Assembly (NCBI GenBank): GCA_036833715.1
Contig: DAITPG010000001.1
Span: 1-48,427, forward strand
Length of the DNA: 48,427 bases
Direction: 5' to 3'
DNA from: Eubacteriaceae bacterium
GTDB lineage: Bacteria; Bacillota; Clostridia; Eubacteriales; Anaerofustaceae
A program made the translations under genes and the position numbers. Of this stretch, positions 10,180-19,944 are shown piece by piece. Position 1 is the stretch's first letter, and every line of letters starts with the position of its first letter. Below the pieces are notes generated by a model that saw nothing but the letters and a program-made list of their open reading frames with translations, was not told where the DNA came from and did no database searches.

Positions 10180-10383
10180 ATGATGATACGTATAAATCTG
10201 GATGTAATGATGGCAAAAAGGAAGATCGGCCTTAATGAGCTTGCCGAAAAAGTGGGCATCACCAATGCCAATCTTTCAATACTTAAAAATAATAAAGCAA
10301 AAGCGATCCGATTTTCGACACTGGAAGCCATCTGCAAAGAGCTGGGCTGCCAGCCGGGAGATATCATCGAATTTCAGGATTAA
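10180..10383 (+). CDS. XRE-family HTH transcriptional regulator (YozG-like)
   Basis: 67 aa. LDVMMAKRKIGLNELAEKVGITNANLSILKNNKAKAIRFSTLEAICKELGCQPGDI is a classic Cro/C1 HTH. Confidence 0.85.
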   Translation: MMIRINLDVMMAKRKIGLNELAEKVGITNANLSILKNNKAKAIRFSTLEAICKELGCQPGDIIEFQD

Positions 10384-10425
10384 ACTCAAAATCAGGCAAC
10401 GCAATAAGCATCGAAGGAGTTTAGG

Positions 10426-10695
10426 ATGGCAACAAAAATACAGACTACTGCGCGCGGGGGCATCGTCCTAAAAAATGAGTATTACGAAAGCAATTCAGGC
10501 AATGTGGAATCCAACAGAGGAGCGGACTTATACGCGGTCTCGGACCAAACGATCATGCTGTACATGTATGACAACCGAACGAGTTTTTCTTATGAGTTGA
10601 ATGAGATCTGCTACGAAATCGAAGTCGATGCGCTGATTGAGCTCATCAAGCAAAACGGCAAGCTATCCGTGAAAAAAGAAAATAAAAATAAATAA
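10426..10695 (+). CDS. Hypothetical protein
   Basis: 89-aa ORF with GAAGGAG upstream. No motif recognised. Confidence 0.4.
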   Translation: MATKIQTTARGGIVLKNEYYESNSGNVESNRGADLYAVSDQTIMLYMYDNRTSFSYELNEICYEIEVDALIELIKQNGKLSVKKENKNK

Positions 10696-10912
10696 ATCGT
10701 TACCCTAATTTAAAAAGGAGATCAAGATTTTATGGCTGCCTGCCGTAGAGTGTTATTTTTTGCTGCCATTTTTTAAGAATTCTTTAAATATATGATTCAA
10801 AGCGCTTTTTTACTCTGACGGAATTTCTGTCGTTTATAAGTTCATCAAAGTAAACTACGACAATAAAAACGAGAAATCAGTTCATTTTAAAACTGTTTTT
10901 TGGAGGTAAAAT

Positions 10913-12490
10913 ATGGATAATTTATTTCAAAACAAAAAAAATATTGCTATTCTTTTTATCATCAGCACGGCTTTGGGCTTACTGTTTGACGCATTTTTTT
11001 ATGAATACGATCTGGGCGTCAATTATCTGATCTACTTGGTTGTTATGCTTGCGGGCACCTATTGGGCGCTCAGTTTCAGAAACGAATTTAACCGCGCGGT
11101 TTTTATGCTTTTTTCAGCCTGCATGCTGCTTTTGTCGGCAATCTACGTAACCAGCACCAACGAAGTGTTTCGCGCGCTCAATTTTCTTTTGATCCCTGCG
11201 CTTTACTTCGTCAGCATACTCGTTTCGCTCGGTTTGGTGCGCAATATGTTTGTCAATATGATCGTGTATGTTTTTACGCCGGTCGCGCATCTGAATAAAT
11301 ATTTTACTGCCGCCGTTTCTTTTGTAAGCAGTAAAGGCCGGCGTAAAGGCCACGGCGCCAAAATATTGCTGGGTCTTTTGATTTCGGCTGCGGCGCTGCT
11401 CATCATTCTGCCGCTGATGCTGGGCGCGGACAGTGCCTTTAAAGCCCTTTTTCATGATTTCTTTGACATCAAAATCAATTTTGATACCGTATTTAAAGTG
11501 ATCGCGTTTTTTATGGTTTCAACCTACGGCTTTGCGCTTATCTACTTCATATATCACGGTGCAAGAGTGCCGGCCGCGGCGGATTATCCCACAGCGCCGG
11601 TGCAGACGGATATCGTCGGTCAGGCGGCAGTCGAAATCAAAGACAACAATGCCTATGCGTATACACTTTTGACTTTTTTGATCGCAGTCGGTTTGGTGTT
11701 TTTGAGCTTTTCTTTCATACAGATTCTTTACCTATTCTTGAAAGTAAACGCGGGGCTTCCGCAGGATTTCACTTATGCATCCTATGCGCGGGAAGGGGTA
11801 TTCCAGCTGTGGGCGCTGACAGCCGTCAATATATTGATCGTGTTTGTCTGCGAAGCCATCAGCCGAAAGATCACTCTCATCAAAACAAATTTTTTCAATG
11901 TAATATTCTCGGTCTATGTGGGCATCAACTTTGCGATGACGGCTTCCGCTTTTTATAAAATGGCCATGTACGAAAGCGCTTTCGGGCTTACAAGACTGCG
12001 TATGTTTGTATTCTTGCATCTATCGGTGCAAACCGTTTTGCTTATACTGCTTCTTTACAAAATATGGGTAAAAAAATTCCCGTTTTTCAAAACGGCGTTT
12101 ATCCTTTGCCTTGCTTTTTATACAGCCGTCAATTTTATCAATGTCGATAAACTGATTGCGCAGCGTAACATCGCAGCTTATGAAAAAACCGGCGAAATCG
12201 ATATGCAATACCTCATTTATCATTTATCTTTCGACGCCTTCGGCGAGGTGGTCGCTTTTGCTGAGAAAGAATACGGATATGATCCTTCCAAGTTCTATCC
12301 CGCACCGCAGATGGAAACCTACGATTCGGAGATAGGCGGCACGGTCCGAAATCCCGAATTGACAGATGAAGAATTGTTATTGTATTATCTGTATTCACGG
12401 CAATGCGAATTGGAAAGCCGTTACAACAATAACCGCAGCTGGTTCGAATATAATATCAGTGCCGATCAAGCCATCAAATTCATAAAATAA
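10913..12490 (+). CDS. Large polytopic membrane protein (DUF4153/DUF4173-like)
   Basis: 525 aa, about 12 TM segments, and a soluble C-terminal tail. SD GGAGG upstream. Confidence 0.6.
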   Translation: MDNLFQNKKNIAILFIISTALGLLFDAFFYEYDLGVNYLIYLVVMLAGTYWALSFRNEFNRAVFMLFSACMLLLSAIYVTSTNEVFRALNFLLIPALYFVSILVSLGLVRNMFVNMIVYVFTPVAHLNKYFTAAVSFVSSKGRRKGHGAKILLGLLISAAALLIILPLMLGADSAFKALFHDFFDIKINFDTVFKVIAFFMVSTYGFALIYFIYHGARVPAAADYPTAPVQTDIVGQAAVEIKDNNAYAYTLLTFLIAVGLVFLSFSFIQILYLFLKVNAGLPQDFTYASYAREGVFQLWALTAVNILIVFVCEAISRKITLIKTNFFNVIFSVYVGINFAMTASAFYKMAMYESAFGLTRLRMFVFLHLSVQTVLLILLLYKIWVKKFPFFKTAFILCLAFYTAVNFINVDKLIAQRNIAAYEKTGEIDMQYLIYHLSFDAFGEVVAFAEKEYGYDPSKFYPAPQMETYDSEIGGTVRNPELTDEELLLYYLYSRQCELESRYNNNRSWFEYNISADQAIKFIK

Positions 12491-12495
12491 ACCAG

Positions 12496-12520
12496 GGCCG
12501 CAAAAAGTGCGGCCTTTGCC
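12496..12520 (+). terminator. Intrinsic terminator
   Basis: GGCCGCA-AAAAG-TGCGGCC hairpin followed by TTTGCCTTT. Confidence 0.5.
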
Positions 12521-12588
12521 TTTATCTCCTAAATCATGTAAGCGATAACATTATTTTACGTATTCAGATCGGAAATTTCGACAAATTC

Positions 12589-12617
12589 TTGTCATTAAGC
12601 TTTTGAACCTCTATAAT
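12589..12617 (+). promoter_or_regulatory. Sigma-A promoter of lipB-lipA
   Basis: TTGTCA (12589-12594), a 17-nt spacer, then TATAAT (12612-12617). Confidence 0.6.
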
Positions 12618-12655
12618 AAGATTAACTATAAATGAAATATTACGGACGGAGTTTT

Positions 12656-13333
12656 ATGCACATCAATCTGCTTTATCTTCATAACAGCGACTATGCCGAT
12701 TGCCTGCAGCTGCAAACCAAAATTCGTGAACTGCGCAGCAGGGATCAAATCGAAGATACGTTGATTTTAACCGAACATCCGCCCGTACTTACGATGGGCG
12801 TACGCGGCAGAGATGATAACATTCTGACGGACAAGCAAACGTTGCAACAAATGGGCATCGAGATCCACCACATTAAACGAGGCGGCGATGTCACCTATCA
12901 CGGCCCGGGCCAGCTGGTTGGTTATCCCATTATCAATTTAAAACAAGCAGCGTTAAGCATCAAAGGATATCTTGATAAAATTCAGGATGTTTTTATTGAT
13001 CTGCTGAGAAACGAATATCAAATTGATGCGCACAAAGAATTGGATGAATACGCGGGCGTTTGGGTCGGCAATGAAAAAATCACCGCCATCGGAATCCAGA
13101 TCGCCCATATGGTTACCATGCATGGGTTTGCCTATAACGTTAATACCAATATGGATCATTTTAAATTGATCAATCCCTGCGGTCTGACAGACAGAAACCC
13201 CACATCGCTGCAGCAGCTTACCGGCGGCAAGGTGGACATGAACTTGGCGGCAGAGCAGGTAGTTGCTTATTTTGCAAAAGTATTTGAAGCTGATATAAGA
13301 AAAATAGAATTAAGTGAGATTCAGAATGTCTGA
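12656..13333 (+). CDS. lipB: Lipoyl(octanoyl) transferase
   Basis: [17 protein letters not shown] and a KITAIG-type catalytic Lys motif. Start moved from 12632 to ATG 12656, which has a GGAG SD. Confidence 0.88.
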   Translation: MHINLLYLHNSDYADCLQLQTKIRELRSRDQIEDTLILTEHPPVLTMGVRGRDDNILTDKQTLQQMGIEIHHIKRGGDVTYHGPGQLVGYPIINLKQAALSIKGYLDKIQDVFIDLLRNEYQIDAHKELDEYAGVWVGNEKITAIGIQIAHMVTMHGFAYNVNTNMDHFKLINPCGLTDRNPTSLQQLTGGKVDMNLAAEQVVAYFAKVFEADIRKIELSEIQNV

Positions 13334-14201
13334 GAAAAATCCTATCCGCAAACCCGAATGGCTCAAAGTATCGATCAACGGAACGGGCTATTCCGCCGAG
13401 ACTGAAAAACTGCTCAAAGATTTGGGACTGCATACGGTCTGCGAAGAAGCAAACTGCCCAAACAAGGGCGAATGCTACAGCAATAAAACGGCCACTTTTA
13501 TGATTCTCGGCAATGTCTGCACAAGAAACTGTACCTTTTGCAACGTTACCAAAGGCCATCCGCTGCAGGTGGATCAACAAGAGCCTCAAAAAGTCGCATC
13601 CGCCGTACAGCAGATGCAGATCAAACATGTTGTAATCACATCCGTATCCCGTGATGACCTGCCTGACGGAGGAGCCGGCCATTTTGCCGATGTAATCAAT
13701 GCAATCAAAAACACCTCTCCCGAAGTATCCGTGGAAGTTTTGATACCGGATTTCATTGGAGACATCGAGAGCTTAAAAACCGTTGTGAAAGCGGCGCCGC
13801 AGATCATCAACCACAATATCGAAACCGTGCCTTCCCTATACCAAACGGTGCGCTCCATGGCGGTGTATGACCGCTCTCTGAAGGTGCTGAAACGGATCAA
13901 GGACTTTGATCCCAAAATCTACACCAAATCCGGCATTATGCTGGGCTTGGGCGAAGCCAAAAGAGAAGTACTGGAAGTATTGAAGGACCTTTTGGAGGTC
14001 GGCTGCGACTTCATCACCATCGGCCAGTATCTCCGACCTTCCCTGATGCATCATGAAGTCAAACAATATATCCATCCCGACGTGTTCAATGATTATGGAA
14101 ATATTGCCCGGGAAATGGGATTCAAATATGTGGTCTCCGGCCCGTTGGTGCGCAGCTCATATCATGCGCAGGATTTTCTGATTGGCGCTGAGGAAAAATA
14201 A
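13326..14201 (+). CDS. lipA: Lipoyl synthase
   Basis: Radical-SAM CTRNCTFC plus the auxiliary-cluster [12 protein letters not shown]. Overlaps the lipB stop. Confidence 0.93.
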   Translation: MSEKNPIRKPEWLKVSINGTGYSAETEKLLKDLGLHTVCEEANCPNKGECYSNKTATFMILGNVCTRNCTFCNVTKGHPLQVDQQEPQKVASAVQQMQIKHVVITSVSRDDLPDGGAGHFADVINAIKNTSPEVSVEVLIPDFIGDIESLKTVVKAAPQIINHNIETVPSLYQTVRSMAVYDRSLKVLKRIKDFDPKIYTKSGIMLGLGEAKREVLEVLKDLLEVGCDFITIGQYLRPSLMHHEVKQYIHPDVFNDYGNIAREMGFKYVVSGPLVRSSYHAQDFLIGAEEK

Positions 14202-14239
14202 TCGATCGGCTTGATTCACTGCCGATAATATGGTAGTAT

Positions 14240-14327
14240 TGGCTGAGGGAATGAAGTTCTCCCGAGTTTTGACTGAACCGCTTTTACGCTGATGACTTCT
14301 GTTTTAACAGGGAGCATCAGTTTTTTA
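14240..14327 (+). promoter_or_regulatory. Fluoride riboswitch (crcB motif) with a terminator expression platform
   Basis: GGGAATGAAGTTCTCCC...AACCGC...GCTGATGACTTCTG fits the crcB-motif consensus from memory. The CTGATG...CATCAG hairpin plus T6 (14321-14326) overlaps the aptamer 3' side. Lies directly upstream of crcB. Confidence 0.75.
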
Positions 14328-14344
14328 CATGCAAAAGAAAGGAA

Positions 14345-14728
14345 ATGCAGCTTTTGAAATTCATCTATGTGGGTCTGGGCGGTTTCATCGGCGCCGTGCT
14401 GCGCTATGCCCTCAGTTTTTCGTACGCTACCCTTAATTCACCCTTTCCGTTGATTACTTTATGCATCAATTTCGCGGGCAGCCTGTTGATCGGTCTCATC
14501 GCCGAAACAACGGGCCAACTTTTTCCTCTTCATCCCAATTGGATCTTATTTCTTTCAACCGGCGTTTGCGGCGGGTTTACCACGTTTTCAACATTTTCGC
14601 TTGAAACCTACCGTCTGCTTAACGGCGACAAACCCGGAATGGCGGTTTTATATGCGGGCTTGAGTATGATGCTGTGTGTTTTCGGCATTTATGCCGCAAA
14701 GTTTATCGTCGGAAAGTTAGCTGCATAA
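14345..14728 (+). CDS. crcB: Fluoride ion channel CrcB/FluC
   Basis: 127 aa, 4 TM segments, with GGFTTFSTF and LGGFIGAVLRY motifs. Confidence 0.9.
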   Translation: MQLLKFIYVGLGGFIGAVLRYALSFSYATLNSPFPLITLCINFAGSLLIGLIAETTGQLFPLHPNWILFLSTGVCGGFTTFSTFSLETYRLLNGDKPGMAVLYAGLSMMLCVFGIYAAKFIVGKLAA

Positions 14729-14755
14729 AAAAAGACGACCGGTTAGGGTCGTCTT
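14726..14755 (-). terminator. Terminator between convergent crcB and the FNT gene
   Basis: 9-bp stem AAGACGACC / GGTCGTCTT. A T7 run follows it on the minus strand. Confidence 0.6.
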
Positions 14756-14772
14756 ATCAAAAGGGAGATTGA

Positions 14773-15579
14773 TCACGTTACGTTGATGTCGCCTTTTGTA
14801 TCTTTGATCTTTTCTTTTCTTAAGTAAGTCAGGTAATAAAATACGGGAATGATTACGGCACCGCCGATGATGTTTCCGAGCGTAACGGGCAGGATGTTGT
14901 TGAACCATGCCTGCGCGGTGGTAACATTTGCGCCGGCAAGCTGTCCGAGCGGGATGAAGAACATGTTGGCAACACTGTGCTCATATCCGCAGTAAACGAA
15001 AAGCGCGATGGGGAATAAAATCGCAAACACTTTTCCCACAACGTCTTTAGCAGCCGTGGAGAACCACACCGCGAGAACTACGATGATATTGCATAAGATG
15101 GCTCTTGAGATGGCAACGCCGAAGGAAAGGCCGGCTTTTGCTGTGGCAACCGCTGCGATCTTATCCGCAACAGCGCCGGTTACAAGACCCGTTGAGAAAA
15201 TGGCGTATGCTAAAAGATAAGAGCCGACTGCGTTTCCGATGTAAACAACGATCCAGTTGCGCAGCATTTTGCCTGCGGAGATTTTGCCGTCCATCAACGC
15301 AAGGGTCATTAAGTTGTTGCCGGTGAAAAGTTCGGCGCCGCACATAACCACCATCATAAGGCCGACCGGGAAGATTAAAGCGCCCACGTATTTCGCCATG
15401 CCGGGATCGATGGTAGAGGTTGCGATCATAACGATAAATCCGTATCCGCCGAAACCGATGAAGGCTCCCGCAAGGATTGCAAGCACAAACATTTGAAGAA
15501 GACCGAGTTTTGATTTGTTAACACCGCTGGTAACGACCAAACCGGCCACCTCAGCGGGACCAAAAAACATTTTGTCCAT
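14773..15579 (-). CDS. focA: Formate/nitrite transporter family channel (FocA-like)
   Basis: 268 aa, 6 TM segments. GAELFTGN and the CGYEHSVANMFF motif are typical of FNT channels. Confidence 0.88.
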   Translation of the reverse strand: MDKMFFGPAEVAGLVVTSGVNKSKLGLLQMFVLAILAGAFIGFGGYGFIVMIATSTIDPGMAKYVGALIFPVGLMMVVMCGAELFTGNNLMTLALMDGKISAGKMLRNWIVVYIGNAVGSYLLAYAIFSTGLVTGAVADKIAAVATAKAGLSFGVAISRAILCNIIVVLAVWFSTAAKDVVGKVFAILFPIALFVYCGYEHSVANMFFIPLGQLAGANVTTAQAWFNNILPVTLGNIIGGAVIIPVFYYLTYLRKEKIKDTKGDINVT

Positions 15580-16453
15580 GATTCCTCCTGAATTTATTTT
15601 TGATTTTGTTTTCGCCCTGTGTAAGGACGTTGTTTAAATAATTGCTGTCAGGTATGATTTCTTTGAAATAAGTAAGTTCGTCCATAAGGCCGTCGCAATG
15701 CGCTACTAGATAAGCGCCCGCATCGCTGCCCAGCGCAACGGCCGCGCCGCTGTCGACTGCTTTAAGGATATTTTTTTTGTGAAGCTGCAGTATCGCCGAA
15801 ACCACTTCGGACGGAAACCGATTTTCACGGTTCCGTAAAAGATTGGCAACGGGCGCAAGGGTAGGCACCCAGACAGCTTCCGACTCGCGCAGACAAGAGA
15901 TCGTCTCATCGTCCATATAGTAGCCGTGCTCTATGCTGTCCGCTCCCGCCTCAATCACATTCTTGATCGTTTCGGCTCCGTTGACATGCACCATCACAGA
16001 GAAGCCTTCCCCGTGAGCAATGCGCATGATCTCCGTGAGTTCGTTTTTATTCAGCGTACCCGGCGTTATCCTGCCGAATTCATTGAAATCCATGATCCCC
16101 GAGGCCATGATCTTTACAAAGTCCAGGCCTAAGGACTTCAAGGCTTTCAGTTTTACGTAAAATTCTTGAATGTCTTCAAAATCTTCACCGACGATTCCGC
16201 CGTAATTTCCCTTCTTATGCAGCGCGCAGATCGGCGTCCGGTAGTCAATACCGTATTCGTGAGCGATTTGCTTGGCTCTTTGAGACACGCCGGCATTGTC
16301 ACCGCCGTCTCGGATAAAGCCGATCCCGTATTCGGCATATTGTGAAAAAAGCTTGCGAATCAATTCATCATTCACTTTATCCCGGTGACGCGCGGTCGCG
16401 GTGCGATAATTGACGCCATCCAAAATAAAATGCGCATGACATTCTCCAAACAT
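15551..16453 (-). CDS. Amidohydrolase-family metal-dependent hydrolase
   Basis: N-terminal HxH (ECHAHF), internal HVNG and EHG, and C-terminal GSDAG motifs. Start set to ATG 16453; the track start at 16468 is TTG. The 3' end overlaps the FNT start by 29 nt. Confidence 0.75.
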   Translation of the reverse strand: MFGECHAHFILDGVNYRTATARHRDKVNDELIRKLFSQYAEYGIGFIRDGGDNAGVSQRAKQIAHEYGIDYRTPICALHKKGNYGGIVGEDFEDIQEFYVKLKALKSLGLDFVKIMASGIMDFNEFGRITPGTLNKNELTEIMRIAHGEGFSVMVHVNGAETIKNVIEAGADSIEHGYYMDDETISCLRESEAVWVPTLAPVANLLRNRENRFPSEVVSAILQLHKKNILKAVDSGAAVALGSDAGAYLVAHCDGLMDELTYFKEIIPDSNYLNNVLTQGENKIKNKFRRNHGQNVFWSR

Positions 16454-16488
16454 GGCAGCGCCTTTCAATCAGCAAAAATTGAGATTTG

Positions 16489-16512
16489 GCGGCAGTCGAA
16501 ACCGACTGCCGC
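16489..16512 (-). terminator. Hairpin downstream of gcvH (possible weak terminator or processing site)
   Basis: Perfect 10-bp stem GCGGCAGTCG / CGACTGCCGC. On the minus strand the U tract is displaced by about 10 nt, so termination efficiency is uncertain. Confidence 0.35.
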
Positions 16513-16523
16513 AATATTTTTTT

Positions 16524-16895
16524 TTACAGGGTCGCTTCGTAATCGGCTGCGGATAAAAGAGCGTCCATTTCGGAAAGGTCTTCGGCTTTAAATTCGGCGA
16601 TCCAGTTTGTGTACGGGTCTTCGTTGAGAAGTTCCGGAGAATCATCGAGATCTTCATTGACGGCAACAACTTCGCCTGCGAACGGAAGGTGAAGTTCGGA
16701 AGCGGTTTTGGAAGACTCCACTTCGGCAAAGAGGCCGCCTTTAGCGAACGAATCGCCGTCTGCGGGAAGGTCGACATAAAGGATGTCGCCAAGCTGATCC
16801 TGTGCAAAATCAGTGATGCCTACTTTTACGGAATCCCCGTCGACTTTTACCCAAAGGTGTTCTTTCGTATACTTTAAATCATTGGGATAATTCAT
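16524..16895 (-). CDS. gcvH: Glycine cleavage system H protein (lipoyl carrier)
   Basis: 123 aa with the lipoyl-lysine motif VESSKTASEL (consensus ESVKA) and HLWVKVDGD. Confidence 0.92.
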   Translation of the reverse strand: MNYPNDLKYTKEHLWVKVDGDSVKVGITDFAQDQLGDILYVDLPADGDSFAKGGLFAEVESSKTASELHLPFAGEVVAVNEDLDDSPELLNEDPYTNWIAEFKAEDLSEMDALLSAADYEATL

Positions 16896-16921
16896 GTTTA
16901 ATCTCCTTTAGATTTTAAAAT

Positions 16922-18301
16922 TTATGCTTTATGAATGCTCTGTCCGTGAAGGTCATGCAGAGCTTCCATAATTGCCTCGCTCATGGTCGGATGCGGGAAA
17001 ATGCAATCGCCGACTTCTTTTGCCGTCATTTTGAGCTGGGTAGCCATGGTGAGCACCTGAAGCATATCCGTAGCGTGCGCGCCAACAATCGAAGCGCCGA
17101 CGATCACGTCGTTGTCGTCAGCGATCACTTTCACAAATCCGGCGATCTTTCCGCTGGCCTGCGCTTTGCCGAGACCTTTGAAATCAAATGTGCCGGTATG
17201 ATAGTGAATGCCTTTTTTTGTAAGTTCGGCTTCGGTAGCGCCTACGCTTGCTACTTCGGGGTTGGTATATACGCAGCCGGGGACAGCATGATAGGTCGGT
17301 TTTTCTTTTGCGCCGTCAATGATATTGCTGACAGCGATCAATCCTTCTTTGCTCGCTACGTGAGCCAGCATGGCGGAATCGATGATATCGCCTATCGCAT
17401 AAATGTTATCCGCGGTTGTCTGTAAATATTCATTGACTTTAACGCGTCCGCGTTCGGTCAGCTCTACGCCTGCGGCTTCAAGGCCTGCGCCTTTGGTAAA
17501 GGGCATTCTGCCGATAGCCACAAGCAAATAGTCCGCTTCCAGCTCTTTGCCGCTTTGGAGTTTAACCGCTACGCTGGCATCTTTCACGGTAACTTCCGCA
17601 ATGCCGTCGCCGGTGATCATTTTGATCTTTTCTTTTTTGAACTGACGCGCCAGCTGTTTGGCCACATCTTCGTCCATGGTCGGAAGGATCTGCGGAAGCA
17701 TTTCCACGATCGTCATTTCAGTGCCCATTTTGGCTAAGAATTGGCCGATTTCGCAGCCGATGACGCCGCCGCCGACTAAAATGACCGATTTCGGGCATTC
17801 CGTCATGTCCAGGATCTCGTCGCTCGTAATTACGCGTTTGCCGTCATAATGGAACATGCCAGGGCAGATGGGAACCGAACCGGTAGCAAGGATCGTGTAA
17901 TCCACGGTGACCGTTTCTTTGGTTCCGTCTTCTTTTACGACTTCGATGGTATTTTTATCGAGCATCGTGCCGAAACCGTTAAGGTACTGCACGCCGTTCT
18001 TTTCAAGCAGGTAATGAATGCCTTTGACCAAAGAAGACGATACTTTGTTTTTACGCGCGATGATCGCGGCATAGTCAACGGTGATGTCTCCGCTGATGTT
18101 GATGCCGAAATCAGCTGCTTCTTCAGCGGTTTCATATACTTCATAGGAAGCCAGAAGCGCCTTAGTCGGTATGCAGCCTCTGTTTAGGCAGGTGCCGCCG
18201 ACCTTATCTTTTTCGATTAATACAACTTCCGCCCCTTTTTTTGCGGCGGCAATCGCCGCTTCATATCCGCCGGGGCCTCCGCCAAGTACAGCTATTTTCA
18301 T
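16922..18301 (-). CDS. lpdA: Dihydrolipoyl dehydrogenase
   Basis: FAD GGGPGGY, redox-active GGTCLNRGCIPTK, NAD GGGVIGCE and a C-terminal HPTMSE. Confidence 0.92.
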   Translation of the reverse strand: MKIAVLGGGPGGYEAAIAAAKKGAEVVLIEKDKVGGTCLNRGCIPTKALLASYEVYETAEEAADFGINISGDITVDYAAIIARKNKVSSSLVKGIHYLLEKNGVQYLNGFGTMLDKNTIEVVKEDGTKETVTVDYTILATGSVPICPGMFHYDGKRVITSDEILDMTECPKSVILVGGGVIGCEIGQFLAKMGTEMTIVEMLPQILPTMDEDVAKQLARQFKKEKIKMITGDGIAEVTVKDASVAVKLQSGKELEADYLLVAIGRMPFTKGAGLEAAGVELTERGRVKVNEYLQTTADNIYAIGDIIDSAMLAHVASKEGLIAVSNIIDGAKEKPTYHAVPGCVYTNPEVASVGATEAELTKKGIHYHTGTFDFKGLGKAQASGKIAGFVKVIADDNDVIVGASIVGAHATDMLQVLTMATQLKMTAKEVGDCIFPHPTMSEAIMEALHDLHGQSIHKA

Positions 18302-18313
18302 GATTTCCTCCGT

Positions 18314-19201
18314 TTAAAGTCCCGCTTGGTCCAAGATCGGCGGTACGTTTTCTTCAGCGCCGATAGCCATAACGTGCACGCCGTGGCAAAGGCCCTGTTC
18401 TTTGATCTTGCTGATCAGCTCAGCGGAGATCATGATGCCTTCTTTAACGGCATCCGCGCTGCCTTTAAGTCTTGCGATGAGTTCTTCCGGAACATTGATG
18501 CCCGGTACGTTTTTGTTCATATATCTGGCCATGCCCGCGGATTTAAGCGGGATGATGCCTGCCATTACTTTGCAGTCCAGTTTGCTTGCTTCATCCATGA
18601 AGCGTTTGAAATGCTCGATATCATATACGCCCTGCGTCTGGAAGTATTTAGCGCCGGCATCTACTTTTTTCTTCATTTTGATCATATGTAACGGAAGCGG
18701 TTCATATTCGGGTGTGCAGCTGGAGCCAAGGTAGAATGTGGGAGCCGCGCCTTCGAGGGCGTTGCCGCCGCAGTCTTTGCCCGATTCAAGCAATTTAGCC
18801 GCAAGCAAAATGCCTACGCTGTCAAGGTCGAATACCGGTTTGGATTCTTTGCAGTCGCCTACGGTTGTGTGGTCGCCGGTAAGCGCAAGGATGTTGTCGA
18901 TGCCGAAAGCCGCAGCGGCAAGCATGTCGCCCTGGATGGCCATTCTGCTTCTGTCTCTGCCCGTCATCTGAAGGATCGGTTCAAAACCGGCCTGCTTGAG
19001 TTTGATGCAAAGACCGATAGAGGAAGCTTTGAGAGAGGAGGACTGAAAGTCGGTTACGTTGACCGCATGCACTCTTCCTTTAAGCAGTTCGGCTACATGC
19101 AGAATATGAGAAAAATCACATCCCTTGGGAGGAGCCATTTCCGCCGTAATGGCGAAAGCGCCCGAATCAAAAGCGTTTTTTAAATTACTCATCTTTTTCA
19201 C
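18314..19201 (-). CDS. metF: Methylenetetrahydrofolate reductase
   Basis: 295-aa MTHFR TIM-barrel motifs (AVNVTD, LALTGD, YFQTQ). Overlaps the metV stop. Confidence 0.9.
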   Translation of the reverse strand: MKKMSNLKNAFDSGAFAITAEMAPPKGCDFSHILHVAELLKGRVHAVNVTDFQSSSLKASSIGLCIKLKQAGFEPILQMTGRDRSRMAIQGDMLAAAAFGIDNILALTGDHTTVGDCKESKPVFDLDSVGILLAAKLLESGKDCGGNALEGAAPTFYLGSSCTPEYEPLPLHMIKMKKKVDAGAKYFQTQGVYDIEHFKRFMDEASKLDCKVMAGIIPLKSAGMARYMNKNVPGINVPEELIARLKGSADAVKEGIMISAELISKIKEQGLCHGVHVMAIGAEENVPPILDQAGL

Positions 19202-19844
19202 CTCTCAAGTTGATTTCTCTCGGATATGCGTTAATCAGATGTCCTTTCGGTTCTTTCAGATCATACAATCTGTCAAGCTGGCCGAGTTCGGTTAAGCGGT
19301 TGTAAATCATGATCCAGCCGCACTGGTTCTTGGGATTTACTTCGCACATTCCGTCTTTTGCGCCTCCGCAGGGACCGTTCGTGAGAGATTTTGCGCATTT
19401 TGTGATCGGGCAGATAGCGCCGGTGCTCGCAAGCACGCACTGTCCGCAGAAACGGCAGGCTTCGGTGAAAAGACCCACGCGTTCCACTTCGCCGAGGAAC
19501 ATGGTGTCATTGGCGGGGTAAACGGGCAGCTTCGTAACGCCGGCAACCGTTTGGCAGCCGTCGCCGCAGGACATCGTAAGGATTGCCTGAGCTTCGCCCA
19601 CAGCTTCTTTATTGTCTTTCAAATCTTTCTTAACGGCAAGTTTGTTGCAGCTTGCTTTCGGATAGATGGTGCAGGTAACGGTTTTTCCGTTTTCTTCAAG
19701 ATAAACTTTCATGGCTGCTATCGCTTCTTCGCTGCCTGTCTGACATACGGTAGCGCATTCGCTGCAGCCCATGAGCACGACTTTCGTCGCGTCCTTCAGA
19801 GAATCAAGGATCTCTGCGTCGGGCTTTTTCTGAGATATAATCAT
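19185..19844 (-). CDS. metV: MetV, Cys-rich Fe-S/zinc-ribbon small subunit of MTHFR
   Basis: Multiple Cys clusters (GCSECATVCQTG, CGDGCQ, CRFCGQC, CPITKC, GPCGG). Start trimmed to ATG 19844, which has an AGGAG SD. Confidence 0.8.
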   Translation of the reverse strand: MIISQKKPDAEILDSLKDATKVVLMGCSECATVCQTGSEEAIAAMKVYLEENGKTVTCTIYPKASCNKLAVKKDLKDNKEAVGEAQAILTMSCGDGCQTVAGVTKLPVYPANDTMFLGEVERVGLFTEACRFCGQCVLASTGAICPITKCAKSLTNGPCGGAKDGMCEVNPKNQCGWIMIYNRLTELGQLDRLYDLKEPKGHLINAYPREINLRGEKDE

Positions 19845-19944
19845 TTCTTTACTCCTACGTAGATTATTTCTATGTATTATACCGATCAAGCTTCGCCGGG
19901 AAATCGCTTAAACGTTCGCGGGACTTCCCGGCAAGGGCTAATTT

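Noticed and set aside
10732-10776. A 14-codon mini-ORF (MAACRRVLFFAAIF) after an AAAGGAG upstream of the DUF4153-like gene
   Set aside because: The SD spacing is long (11 nt), it is very short and there is no obvious attenuator structure. Evidence is insufficient for a leader peptide call.
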